A stretch of 64,000 bases of DNA from a bacterium (lineage in GTDB: Bacteria > Bacillota > Clostridia > Christensenellales > UBA3700), in the NCBI GenBank assembly GCA_963592135.1, contig CAVAVP010000031.1, positions 5,398-69,397 of the forward strand. Direction: 5' to 3'. Under the pieces are notes generated by a model. That model saw only the letters and a program-made list of their open reading frames with translations, ran no database searches and was not told the origin of the DNA. The translations under genes were made by a program, and so were the position numbers. Below, one piece after another: positions 1-9,216 of the stretch. Numbering within the stretch: the stretch's first letter is position 1; the number at the start of each line of letters is the position of its first letter.

Positions 1-222
1 AGATTAGGCGAAAAAACTGCTGCTATTATAGAAGTAAAGGAAGGAATGACTTGTACTAAAGAAGAAATAGAAGAGTTTTGTTTAGCACTTCCTAGATATA
101 AAAGGCCAAAGGAAATTATCTTTGAAGAAATTCCAAGAAATGCAACAGGCAAAATAGAAAAACCGAAACTTAGAAAACAATTTGGTGCAGATAAACTTGT
201 TGCACAAGAAAATGAGATATAA
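1..222 (+). CDS. 3' end of an AMP-dependent acyl-CoA synthetase/ligase (5' part lies outside the window)
   Basis: Frame 1 is open from base 1 to TAA at 220-222. The translation ...EIPRNATGKIEKPKLRKQF... matches the C-terminal A10 motif (P-x-x-x-x-G-K-I-x-K/R) of adenylate-forming enzymes. Confidence 0.6.
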   Translation, partial: RLGEKTAAIIEVKEGMTCTKEEIEEFCLALPRYKRPKEIIFEEIPRNATGKIEKPKLRKQFGADKLVAQENEI

Positions 223-230
223 CCCAAAAA

Positions 231-256
231 GACAGTTTTCATAACTGTCTTTTTTA
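231..256. terminator. Bidirectional intrinsic terminator between convergent genes
   Basis: GACAGTT-ttcat-AACTGTC hairpin flanked by an A-run upstream and a T-run downstream. Confidence 0.6.
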
Positions 257-1072
257 TAACTCCAATAATTTTTCAGCATTTTTATAAAATATTTGATTAA
301 GTTCTTTTTCGTTAAACCCGAGACTTTTTATTAAGTCTATAGATTGTTTTTGGCTTGACCAAGGAGAGTCTGTCCCGAATAAAACTTTATTAAATCCTAC
401 GTTTTTAATTAAAGAAATAAATTGGTCTTTTGTTAAACTATCATATTCTAGACAAGTAAATGCAGTATCGAAAAAAACATCTTCGCTAGTAAGATAACTC
501 AAAACATCTTCCCAATTATTCCAGCCTCCCATGTGAGCCAATATAAATTTTTTTGGATGAATTAAATTAATAACGTTTTTAATTTGCCTAGGAGAAGCAA
601 AATCCTCGCCAGGAAAACTTATATCTTCGCCTGCATGTGTTGTTATTATAAGTCCTAAAGAAGAAGCCTCTTCAATTATTCTTAAAAATCTTATGTCATT
701 TATTTTAACTTGTTGGTAAACGGGATGAATTTTTATTCCTTTAATGCCACTTTGAGCAAGATTTTTTAGTATTTCTTTATAGTTTTCACAGTCCGGATGT
801 ATAGCCCCGAATGAAAGCAAATGGGTTTCGTTTGAGTGTTTGTTTATTTCAATAACTGAATTGTTTATAGACTCAACTTGTTTTGTAGAAGTTGCAACTG
901 GCATAACAATAGAAAGGGAAATATTGTTTTCTATTGTTGATTTAGATAAATCGCTTGCCGTTCCATTTAAAGCCGGTTTTATTCCAGAAGAGGCTGATAA
1001 TTTTGCAATTGCCTTTTCTACAATTTTTTCAGGAAATGTGTGTGTATGAAAATCTATAATTCTATCTATCAT
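254..1072 (-). CDS. Amidohydrolase-family metal-dependent hydrolase (TIM barrel)
   Basis: 272-aa ORF. N-terminal IIDFHTHTFP (HxH metal motif), later HAGE and AHMGG motifs typical of the amidohydrolase-2 type. Confidence 0.55.
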   Translation of the reverse strand: MIDRIIDFHTHTFPEKIVEKAIAKLSASSGIKPALNGTASDLSKSTIENNISLSIVMPVATSTKQVESINNSVIEINKHSNETHLLSFGAIHPDCENYKEILKNLAQSGIKGIKIHPVYQQVKINDIRFLRIIEEASSLGLIITTHAGEDISFPGEDFASPRQIKNVINLIHPKKFILAHMGGWNNWEDVLSYLTSEDVFFDTAFTCLEYDSLTKDQFISLIKNVGFNKVLFGTDSPWSSQKQSIDLIKSLGFNEKELNQIFYKNAEKLLEL

Positions 1073-1152
1073 TTTCTTTTGCTCTAAGTAGGAGTATATA
1101 ACATAAAAAATCTTTTTTCAATTAACTTTTGACAATTACGTCGTCAAGTTTG

Positions 1153-1181
1153 TTGCATTACGCGCAAATAGTATATAAAAT
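1153..1181 (+). promoter_or_regulatory. Candidate sigma-A promoter of the symporter-ior operon
   Basis: TTGCAT, 17 nt spacer, TAAAAT, about 30 nt upstream of the ATG at 1213. Confidence 0.4.
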
Positions 1182-1212
1182 AATTAGGTATTAACTTTTT
1201 TGGAGAAACGCC

Positions 1213-2862
1213 ATGGCTTTGTTTATAAAAATTGCATTTATCGTTCTTTTTTTCGCAGCAACAATTTACATAGGGTTTTATTGTAGGAAAAAGAGTGTTA
1301 CTTCTAATGATTTTGTTTTAGGTGGAAGAACAGTTGGTCCTTGGTTATCAGCCTTTGCGTATGGAACGAGTTATTTTTCAGCGGTCGTTTTTATAGGATA
1401 TGCAGGTTCATTTGGTTGGTCTTTCGGCGTAGCATCTTTATGGATAGGAATTGGAAACGCCGTAATAGGTTCTGCTGCAGCATGGGGAATATTAGGTAGA
1501 AAAACTAGAATCATGACTCAAGCTTTAGATTCTTCAACAATGCCAGATTTCTTTGAAAAAAGATTTAATTCTCCAGCATTAAAAATTGCAGCATCAATAA
1601 TTATATTTATATTTTTGATACCTTACACGGCAGCTTTATATAATGGGTTATCGTATTTGTTTGGGGTTGCTTTCTCAGCAAAGGTTCCATTTTGGGCTTG
1701 GATTTTAATTATTTCAGTAGCAACCGGAATTTATGTAATTGCAGGTGGCTTAATGTCTACAGCTGTTAATTCATTTGTACAAGGAATAATAATGCTAGTT
1801 GGCATAGTACTTGTTGTAGTATTTGCATTAAATCTAAATGGAGGTTTAATGAAATCCCTTGAACTTTTAGCAACTAGAGTTTCGGATAGTGGAGAAAAAA
1901 TTGGTGGATGGGAATATGTATCAATTTTTGGTTCTGATCCTGTACATTTATTTAATGTTGTAATTTTAACATCTTTAGGTTGCTGGGGGCTTCCTCAGAT
2001 GATAGGAAAGTTTTATTCAATAACTAATGAAAATCAAATTAGAAAAGGTTCGGTAATATCTACCGTATTTGCATTGATTGTGGCAGGTGGTTGTTATTTC
2101 TTAGGTGGTTTTGGAAGAATTTTTTCAGATGAAAAATCTGCCACAATAATTCCTGAAATGGTTGCTAAATTACCGGTGGTGGTTGTTGCTGTTGTTTTGG
2201 TTTTAGTTCTTGCCGCTTCAATGTCTACGCTTGCTGGTCTTGTTCATACATCTGCGGCAACTGTTACTTTTGATTTAATTGATAGAAAGAAAAATGTTCC
2301 AGAAAAAAAGAAAATGTTGTATTTAAAAATTTTCGTTGTTGTGTTTATTGTTGTTTCAGCATTACTTGCAACTATTCAAACATTAGATTCGGTACCTAAA
2401 AACTTTAAAAATGATATAGCTTCATTAATGGGAATTTCATGGGGAGCAATATCTGGTGCATTCATAGGTCCATTTTTCTATGGTCTATATTGGAAAAGAA
2501 CAACAAAGTCTTCTGTATGGGTGTCCTTTATTTTAGGAGTCGTTTTAGCAGTATTAAGTTTAGTTTTAAACATAGCAGGTATTTCTGTTCAATTAAGAAG
2601 TGAACATTGCCTATGGTTTGATATGTCAGATTCTATATATATGGGAGTTTTGGCAATGGTATTAAGTTTTGTTATTGTACCTATAGTGTCTTTATTAACA
2701 AAAGATGTACCAAGTGATGTAGACGAAAAGTTTAAATGCTTTGATAAAAAAGTAATAGTTCCAGAATCGGTAGCATTATCTGGAAATGTTGTAGAAGACA
2801 ATAAAGAAGAAAATAACGTAGTGGAAGGAGAAAAAAATGAAACAACTAATGTTAGGAAATAA
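1213..2862 (+). CDS. Sodium:solute symporter family (SSF) transporter
   Basis: 549-aa polytopic membrane protein with about 13 hydrophobic segments and an SSF-like N-terminus (GGRTVGPWLSAFAYGTSYFSA). Its 3' end overlaps the iorA start by 26 nt. Confidence 0.75.
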   Translation: MALFIKIAFIVLFFAATIYIGFYCRKKSVTSNDFVLGGRTVGPWLSAFAYGTSYFSAVVFIGYAGSFGWSFGVASLWIGIGNAVIGSAAAWGILGRKTRIMTQALDSSTMPDFFEKRFNSPALKIAASIIIFIFLIPYTAALYNGLSYLFGVAFSAKVPFWAWILIISVATGIYVIAGGLMSTAVNSFVQGIIMLVGIVLVVVFALNLNGGLMKSLELLATRVSDSGEKIGGWEYVSIFGSDPVHLFNVVILTSLGCWGLPQMIGKFYSITNENQIRKGSVISTVFALIVAGGCYFLGGFGRIFSDEKSATIIPEMVAKLPVVVVAVVLVLVLAASMSTLAGLVHTSAATVTFDLIDRKKNVPEKKKMLYLKIFVVVFIVVSALLATIQTLDSVPKNFKNDIASLMGISWGAISGAFIGPFFYGLYWKRTTKSSVWVSFILGVVLAVLSLVLNIAGISVQLRSEHCLWFDMSDSIYMGVLAMVLSFVIVPIVSLLTKDVPSDVDEKFKCFDKKVIVPESVALSGNVVEDNKEENNVVEGEKNETTNVRK

Positions 2863-4573
2863 GGCCCTTGCGCGTGGTCTTTATGAAGCTGGTTGTGCAG
2901 TGGCTTCAAGTTATCCAGGTACTCCAAGTACAGAAATAACAGAAGAAATTGCAAAGTTTAACGAAGTTTATGCAGAATGGGCTCCAAATGAAAAGGTAGC
3001 AATGGAAGTCGCATTTGGTGCATCTTTAGCTGGTAAGAGAAGTTTCTGTGGAATGAAACATGTAGGGTTAAATGTTGCTGCAGATCCTTTGTTTACTAGT
3101 TCTTATACTGGAGTTAATGCAGGATTAGTCGTTGTTGTTGCAGATGATGCAGGAATGCATTCTTCACAAAATGAACAAGATTCTCGTCATTATGCAATTG
3201 CTGCAAAACTACCAATGTTAGAACCTTCAGATTCTAATGAAGCTTACTTGTTTGCGAAAAAGGCTTATGAAATTTCAGAAAAATACGATACGCCAGTAAT
3301 AATTAAAATGTGTACAAGAGTAGCTCATTCTCAAAGTGTAGTAGAGGTAGGCGAAAGAGAAGAAAGACCAGTAATTAAATATGAAAAAAATATTGCAAAG
3401 TATGTAATGATGCCAGGAAATGCTATTCGTCGTCATCCAGTTGTTGAAGAAAGAACAAAGAAACTTATAGAACTTGCTGAAAATTGCGAGTTTAATAGAG
3501 TTGAAATGGGTGGAACAGAAATAGGAATTATTACCTCATCTACATCTTATCAATATGCAAAGGAAGTATTTGGGGAAAAAGCTAGTATTTTAAAATTAGG
3601 TTTAGTAAATCCACTACCTACAAAATTAATAAAAGATTTTGCTTCTAAAGTTAAGAAACTATATGTTATTGAAGAATTAGATCCAATTATTGAAAATCAT
3701 TGTAAGACATTAGGTTTAGTTGTTGTTGGTAAAGATGTTTTACCTATTTTAGGTGAGTTTTCACAAAATTTAATTGCCAGTAAATTAGGTCTAGATGTAC
3801 CAAAGACAACTAAACTTGATGAAACACTTCCAGGAAGACCGCCAGTTATGTGTGCTGGTTGTCCTCACCGTGGTTTGTTCTATACATTGTCTAAAAACAA
3901 AGTAAATGTTATTGGAGATATAGGTTGTTATACATTAGGTGCTGTGGCTCCATTATCTGCTGTGGATATGGTTTTATGCATGGGTGCTTCAATAAGCAGT
4001 GCTCATGGATTTAATAAAGTGGGAGGAGATGAGTCCGAAGCTAAGACTGTTTCAGTTATTGGTGATTCAACATTTATGCATTCTGGTATGACAGGACTTG
4101 CGAATATTGCTTACAATCAATCTAATTCAACAGTAATTATTTTGGATAATTCAATAACAGGTATGACAGGTCATCAACAAAATCCAACGACAGGATATAA
4201 CATAAAAGGCGATCCTGCTGGAAAAATTGACTTAGAATCTTTATGTAGAGCAATGGGAATTAATAGAGTGCAAGTTGTAGATCCTTATGATTTAGCAGCT
4301 TGTGACAAAGTTTTGAAAGAAGAGTTAGCAGCAAAAGAACCTTCAGTTATTATTTCTCGTCGTCCTTGTGCTTTATTAAAGTATGTTAAACATAAAAAAC
4401 CATTAATTGCAGACAAAGATAAATGTGTAGGTTGTAGAAACTGTATGAAATTAGGCTGCCCAGCATTAAGTATTAATGATAAGAAGATTTCAGTAGACGC
4501 TACATTATGTGTAGGTTGTGGAATTTGTCAACAAATGTGTCACTTTGATGCATTAAAAGATGGGGAGGTATAA
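2837..4573 (+). CDS. iorA: Indolepyruvate:ferredoxin oxidoreductase alpha subunit
   Basis: 578 aa. N-terminal MLGNKALARGLYEAG..SYPGTPSTEI, a TPP-binding region (GDSTFMHSG) and a C-terminal 2x[4Fe-4S] motif (CVGCRNC...CVGCGIC). AGGAG lies 6 nt before the ATG. Confidence 0.85.
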   Translation: MKQLMLGNKALARGLYEAGCAVASSYPGTPSTEITEEIAKFNEVYAEWAPNEKVAMEVAFGASLAGKRSFCGMKHVGLNVAADPLFTSSYTGVNAGLVVVVADDAGMHSSQNEQDSRHYAIAAKLPMLEPSDSNEAYLFAKKAYEISEKYDTPVIIKMCTRVAHSQSVVEVGEREERPVIKYEKNIAKYVMMPGNAIRRHPVVEERTKKLIELAENCEFNRVEMGGTEIGIITSSTSYQYAKEVFGEKASILKLGLVNPLPTKLIKDFASKVKKLYVIEELDPIIENHCKTLGLVVVGKDVLPILGEFSQNLIASKLGLDVPKTTKLDETLPGRPPVMCAGCPHRGLFYTLSKNKVNVIGDIGCYTLGAVAPLSAVDMVLCMGASISSAHGFNKVGGDESEAKTVSVIGDSTFMHSGMTGLANIAYNQSNSTVIILDNSITGMTGHQQNPTTGYNIKGDPAGKIDLESLCRAMGINRVQVVDPYDLAACDKVLKEELAAKEPSVIISRRPCALLKYVKHKKPLIADKDKCVGCRNCMKLGCPALSINDKKISVDATLCVGCGICQQMCHFDALKDGEV

Positions 4574-4574
4574 T

Positions 4575-5144
4575 ATGACAAAAAATGTTATGATAGTAGG
4601 CGTTGGTGGACAAGGTTCATTGCTTGCAAGTAAACTCTTAGGTTATTTACTTTTAAATAAAGGTTACGATGTAAAGGTATCTGAAGTTCATGGAATGAGC
4701 CAAAGAGGTGGTTCTGTTGTAACCTATGTTAGATTTGGTGAAAAAGTTTATTCTCCAATTATAGATAAAGGCGAGGCTGATTTTATTGTAAGTTTCGAAT
4801 TACTAGAAGCAGCTCGTTATGTAGAATATTTAAAGGAAAATGGAAGAATTGTTGTTAACACTCAACAAATTGATCCAATGCCAGTAATAACGGGTGCTGC
4901 AAAGTATCCAGTAAATTTAGTAGAAAAAATGGAAGAAAAAGGAATAACAATAGATGCGATGGACTGTTTAACATTAGCTGAAAAAGCAGGTTCTTCAAAA
5001 GCTGTAAACATTGTTTTAATGGGAAGATTATCTCGCTATTTTAGTGAGATTTCTGAAAAAGAATGGATGGATGCAATAGAGAAGTGTGTTCCCGCAAAAT
5101 TCTTAGAATTAAATAAAAAAGCGTTTGCTTTAGGTAGAGAATAA
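4575..5144 (+). CDS. iorB: Indolepyruvate:ferredoxin oxidoreductase beta subunit
   Basis: MTKNVMIVGVGGQGSLLASK..., the gamma-type domain of 2-oxoacid:ferredoxin oxidoreductases. I prefer the ATG at 4575 (GGGGAGG 7 nt upstream) over the ORF-track start at 4560. Confidence 0.8.
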   Translation: MTKNVMIVGVGGQGSLLASKLLGYLLLNKGYDVKVSEVHGMSQRGGSVVTYVRFGEKVYSPIIDKGEADFIVSFELLEAARYVEYLKENGRIVVNTQQIDPMPVITGAAKYPVNLVEKMEEKGITIDAMDCLTLAEKAGSSKAVNIVLMGRLSRYFSEISEKEWMDAIEKCVPAKFLELNKKAFALGRE

Positions 5145-5158
5145 TTATAGAGGTTAAT

Positions 5159-6469
5159 ATGACAAGATATTTTCAAAAAGAAATAGAAACAATGCCAAGA
5201 AGTGAAATTGAAAAACTTCAAAGTGAAAGATTAATTAAGCAAGTAAAGCATGTATATAACAATGTAAAATATTATGCTAAAAAGATGGATGATGCTGGAG
5301 TAAAACCAGAAGATATTAAAAGTATAAAGGATTTACATAAACTTCCATTTATTGAAAAAGATGAACTTAGAGATCAATATCCTTATGGTTTTTTAGGAAC
5401 ACCACTTTCAGATGTTGTTCGTATACAATCAACATCAGGTACTACAGGAAGAAGAGTAGTAGCATTTTATACACCTGAAGACATTGATGTATGGGATACA
5501 TGCTGTGCTAGAGCTATTGTAGCCGCTGGTGGTACAAAAGATGATGTGGTTCATGTTGCGTATGGATATGGCTTATTTACTGGCGGTCCTGGTTTAAATG
5601 GTGGCTCTCATAAGTTGGGCTCAATGACACTGCCTATGTCATCAGGAAATACAGAAAGACAAATTCAATTTATGCAAGACTTGGGATCAACAATCCTTTG
5701 TTGTACTCCATCATATGCTGCAAATATTGGCGAAGTTGTAAAGAAAATGAATGTTAAGGATTCTCTAAAATTAAAAGCTGGTATTTTTGGTGCTGAACCT
5801 TGGACTGAGGAAATGAGACAAGATATTGAAAAAACTCTTGGAATTAAAGCATATGATATATATGGTTTAACAGAGATTTCTGGACCAGGAGTTTCTTTTG
5901 AATGTGAAGAACAAGAGGGTATGCATATTCAAGAAGACTTCTTTGCTGCCGAAATAATTAATCCAAAAACTGGTGAAGTATTACCATATGGCGAAGTTGG
6001 AGAATTAGTATTTACATGTTTAACAAAAAAAGCGTTTCCTCTTCTTAGATATAGAACAAGAGATTTATGTAAATTAACAATTGAGCCTTGTAAGTGTGGA
6101 AGAACTCATGTAAGAATGTCAAAGATTATGGGTAGATCTGATGATATGATGGTTGTAAAAGGTGTTAATGTATGGCCATCTCAAATAGAACAAGTAATAT
6201 TCAAACAAGGATATCAAGCCAACTATTTAATTGTTGTAGATAGAGAAAATAATAAAGATAGCATTGAGTTAAAATTGGAAAAAACTCCAGAAATGGCAGA
6301 AGATCTTAATTTTAATATTGAAAAAGCAACAATGAATGTTGTTAATGGACTAAAATCAATGCTTGGAATTAAAGTAGAGGTATCTCTTGTAGAACCAGGT
6401 GCAATTGTAAGAAGCGAAGGAAAAGCAAAGAGAGTTATAGATAAGAGAAATCTATATACTATGATGTAA
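5159..6469 (+). CDS. paaK: Phenylacetate-CoA ligase family enzyme (PaaK-like)
   Basis: 436 aa with SSGTTG (STSGTTGRR) and YGLTE adenylation motifs. Size and architecture match PaaK. It directly follows iorAB. Confidence 0.8.
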   Translation: MTRYFQKEIETMPRSEIEKLQSERLIKQVKHVYNNVKYYAKKMDDAGVKPEDIKSIKDLHKLPFIEKDELRDQYPYGFLGTPLSDVVRIQSTSGTTGRRVVAFYTPEDIDVWDTCCARAIVAAGGTKDDVVHVAYGYGLFTGGPGLNGGSHKLGSMTLPMSSGNTERQIQFMQDLGSTILCCTPSYAANIGEVVKKMNVKDSLKLKAGIFGAEPWTEEMRQDIEKTLGIKAYDIYGLTEISGPGVSFECEEQEGMHIQEDFFAAEIINPKTGEVLPYGEVGELVFTCLTKKAFPLLRYRTRDLCKLTIEPCKCGRTHVRMSKIMGRSDDMMVVKGVNVWPSQIEQVIFKQGYQANYLIVVDRENNKDSIELKLEKTPEMAEDLNFNIEKATMNVVNGLKSMLGIKVEVSLVEPGAIVRSEGKAKRVIDKRNLYTMM

Positions 6470-6472
6470 TAT

Positions 6473-7192
6473 ATGAATTCAATAGATTTTTCCACTTACC
6501 TAAGAGAAACAAATATTTTAGATTATTCAAATAAGAATATACAATCTTTAATTGTTTCACATGGGTGGAAAAATCTAGAAGAGTTGGATAAAGTTAAATC
6601 TATTTATAATTTTGTTCGTGATGAAATCTTATTTGGTTATAATGTCGATGATAATATAAAGGCCTCTAAAGTTTTAAAAGATGGTTATGGCCAGTGTAAT
6701 ACAAAAGGTATTTTATTTATGGCATTATTAAGAGCCTGTGACGTACCTTGTAGAATTCATGGTTTTACTATTGATAAGTTGCTGCAAAAAGGCGCGATGA
6801 CCGGCTTGGTTTACAAATTAGCGCCTAAAGAAATATTTCATAGTTTTGTTGAAGCATATGTTTGTGGCGAGTGGTTTGAACTTGAAGGTTTTATTTTAGA
6901 CGATAAATATCTTGTTAGTTTACAAAGAAAGTTTAAGCCAAATCCAGATAATTCATTTTGTGGGTATGGAGTTGCTATAAATGACTTTTATAATCCACCT
7001 ATCAATTTTGAATGTTGCAATACATATATACAAAAAGAAGGAATAGTTAAAGATTTTGGAGTTTATGAAAGTCCAGATGTTTTGCTTGAAGAGCATGGAC
7101 AAGAAATGTGTGGTTTAAAAAAAATGTCTTATAAGTATATTGGCAGAAAAATAATGAATAGGAATGTTAAAATAATAAGAAATTATAACTAA
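6473..7192 (+). CDS. Transglutaminase-like cysteine protease-fold protein
   Basis: GYGQCNTKGILFMALLRACDVPCRIHGF matches the transglutaminase-core Cys motif context (G-x-C-x-x-F). Confidence 0.55.
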   Translation: MNSIDFSTYLRETNILDYSNKNIQSLIVSHGWKNLEELDKVKSIYNFVRDEILFGYNVDDNIKASKVLKDGYGQCNTKGILFMALLRACDVPCRIHGFTIDKLLQKGAMTGLVYKLAPKEIFHSFVEAYVCGEWFELEGFILDDKYLVSLQRKFKPNPDNSFCGYGVAINDFYNPPINFECCNTYIQKEGIVKDFGVYESPDVLLEEHGQEMCGLKKMSYKYIGRKIMNRNVKIIRNYN

Positions 7193-7201
7193 GAGGTTTA
7201 T

Positions 7202-7561
7202 ATGATAGTACATGAATCTCAAGAAATGTATTTAGAGACAATACTTAAATTAAAAAAATCACAAGAAGTTGTAAGAGCAATAGATGTTGTAAAAAAATTA
7301 GGATATAGTAAACCTAGTGTATCAAGAGCTATGAAACTATTGGTCAATGAAAAACTTATTACAATTCAAAGAGGAAAAATAGAATTCACGCAAGAAGGCA
7401 GTGAAAAAGCTAAGGCTGTTTTAGAAAGACATAATGCATTGACTAAGGCTTTGGTTAAAATTGGACTTTCTAAAAGTGAGGCTGAAGATAATGCATGTAG
7501 GATAGAACATGTATTAACTCAAGAAGCTTTTAATAAAATAAAAGATTATTTTAATATATAA
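7202..7561 (+). CDS. DtxR/MntR-family metal-dependent transcriptional regulator (short form)
   Basis: 119 aa. ESQEMYLETILKL plus a wHTH (SKPSVSRAMKLL) and RHNAL...RIEHVL align with the MntR N-terminal and dimerisation helices. Confidence 0.6.
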   Translation: MIVHESQEMYLETILKLKKSQEVVRAIDVVKKLGYSKPSVSRAMKLLVNEKLITIQRGKIEFTQEGSEKAKAVLERHNALTKALVKIGLSKSEAEDNACRIEHVLTQEAFNKIKDYFNI

Positions 7562-7643
7562 TTTTTGAGAGAATTGGTATTTATATAAAACATTGAGTGT
7601 GGTATATTATTAAGCGAATATAATAAAAATAAGGAAATAAAAT

Positions 7644-8903
7644 ATGGAAAAGAAACCTTTTGTAACAAAAGAACAAATTGAAGAAATTGTAAAAACTTAT
7701 CCTACACCTTTTCATATTTATGATGAAAAAGGAATTAGGGAAAATGCAAGAAGATTAAAGAAAGCTTTTTCTTGGAATAAGGGATACAAGGAATATTTTG
7801 CTGTTAAAGCAACTCCTAATCCTTTTTTAATGCAAATTTTAAGAGAAGAAGGTTGTGGAGTGGATTGCTCATCATTAACAGAACTTATGCTTTCGGATAC
7901 GGTTGGCTTTGAAGGAAAAGAAATAATGTTTTCATCAAATGTTACTCCAGAAGCTGACTTTAAATTAGCAAGAAAATTAAATGCAATTATAAATTTTGAT
8001 GATTTAACTCATGTAGATTATTTTGCAAAAATAGCACCTTTTGCGGAAACTATGTGTTGTAGATATAACCCAGGTGGAGATTTTACATTAAACAATGAGA
8101 TCATGGATACCCCTAAGGATGCTAAATATGGTATGACAAGAGAGCAAATGAAAGAAGCTTTTACTAAAATGAAGGCTTATGGAGTTAAAAATTTTGGTAT
8201 ACATGCATTCCTAGCATCAAATACGACAGAAAATGGATACTATCCTAAACTTGCGAGAATCCTATTTACACTTGCAAGAGATTTAGCACAAGAAGTAGGT
8301 GTACATATTGCATTTGTAAACTTATCTGGAGGTGTAGGTATTGCTTATAGACCTGATCAAAAGGAAAACAATATTGAAGTTATTGGAGAAGGCGTAAGAG
8401 AAGCCTATGAAGAAATATTAGTTCCAGCAGGAATGGGAGATGTTGCAATTTTTACAGAACTTGGAAGATTTATGCTTGCTCCATATGGACATCTTGTAGC
8501 TAAAGTTTTACATGAAAAGCATATTTGGAAAGAATATATTGGATTAGATGCATGTGCAGCTAATTTAATGAGACCAGCAATGTATAGGGCATATCATCAC
8601 ATAACAGTTTTAGGAAAAGAAAACGCACCATGTGATCATGTTTATGATGTTACAGGTGGTCTATGTGAAAATAATGATAAATTTGCAATAGATAGAAAAT
8701 TGCCAAAGATCGATATAGGAGATTATGTTGTAATTCATGATGCAGGAGCACATGGATTCTCTATGGGTTATAACTATAATGGTAAATTAAGGTCTGCTGA
8801 ACTTTTATTAAAGGAAGACGGAACAGTTAAATTAATAAGAAGAGCAGAAACGCCAGCTGACTATTTTGCAACATTAGATTTAGATGCTTTTAAAAGAAAG
8901 TAA
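7644..8903 (+). CDS. lysA: PLP-dependent group IV decarboxylase, most likely diaminopimelate decarboxylase
   Basis: 419 aa. FHIYDE...YFAVKATPNP (PLP-Lys context), GGVGI and a C-terminal CENNDKF motif typical of the Orn/DAP/Arg decarboxylase family 2. Confidence 0.65.
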   Translation: MEKKPFVTKEQIEEIVKTYPTPFHIYDEKGIRENARRLKKAFSWNKGYKEYFAVKATPNPFLMQILREEGCGVDCSSLTELMLSDTVGFEGKEIMFSSNVTPEADFKLARKLNAIINFDDLTHVDYFAKIAPFAETMCCRYNPGGDFTLNNEIMDTPKDAKYGMTREQMKEAFTKMKAYGVKNFGIHAFLASNTTENGYYPKLARILFTLARDLAQEVGVHIAFVNLSGGVGIAYRPDQKENNIEVIGEGVREAYEEILVPAGMGDVAIFTELGRFMLAPYGHLVAKVLHEKHIWKEYIGLDACAANLMRPAMYRAYHHITVLGKENAPCDHVYDVTGGLCENNDKFAIDRKLPKIDIGDYVVIHDAGAHGFSMGYNYNGKLRSAELLLKEDGTVKLIRRAETPADYFATLDLDAFKRK

Positions 8904-8914
8904 AAAATAAGAAA

Positions 8915-8951
8915 AAACACAAAGTGAGCATTTTTGTTCATTTTGTGTTTT
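8915..8951 (+). terminator. Intrinsic terminator after lysA
   Basis: 12-bp stem AAACACAAAGTG / CATTTTGTGTTT (one G-U pair) running into a T-run. Confidence 0.55.
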
Positions 8952-8984
8952 ACATATATGATATAATTAAAACATTAAAAATGC

Positions 8985-9140
8985 CGATAGATATTTGCAG
9001 GAGAAGACTTTTAGTCATCGAAGGAGTAACACTCTCAGAAGCTTATGCGTAGGACTGTAAATGGACGGCACTCCGGAGAAGCCTAAGGAAAAGGTACCGA
9101 AGTGGCAAGCGAAAGCTAATCTCTCAGGTAAAAGGACGGG
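8985..9140 (+). promoter_or_regulatory. Tandem glycine riboswitch (two aptamers)
   Basis: Aptamer 1 is GGAGAAG...CATCGAAGGAGTAA...CTCTCAG...GGACTG. Aptamer 2 is CTCCGGAGAAG...TACCGAAGTGGCAA...CTCTCAGGTAAAAGGAC. Both match the conserved GGAGA / CCGAAGGrGCAA / CUCUCAGGyAAAAGGAC cores. It sits upstream of an AGCS transporter, a classic context. Confidence 0.8.
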
Positions 9141-9167
9141 GAAAACATAAAAGAGTTTTTCGTTGTT

Positions 9168-9200
9168 ATTCCTTTATTTTGAAGGGGAATGATTTTTTTT
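9168..9200 (+). terminator. Expression-platform terminator of the glycine riboswitch
   Basis: ATTCCTTT...AAGGGGAAT hairpin followed by GATTTTTTTT, 17 nt before the ATG. Confidence 0.55.
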
Positions 9201-9216
9201 ATTTATTGGAGTTAGT

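Noticed and set aside
82-279. 65-aa minus-strand ORF at the left edge
   Set aside because: It overlaps the C-terminal coding region of the acyl-CoA ligase (clear A10 motif on the plus strand) and also spans the terminator hairpin.
1129-1147. Inverted repeat TTGAC-N9-GTCAA upstream of the symporter-ior operon, as a regulator site
   Set aside because: The arms are only 5 bp and there is no adjacent regulator gene, so it could easily be chance. I note it but do not call it.
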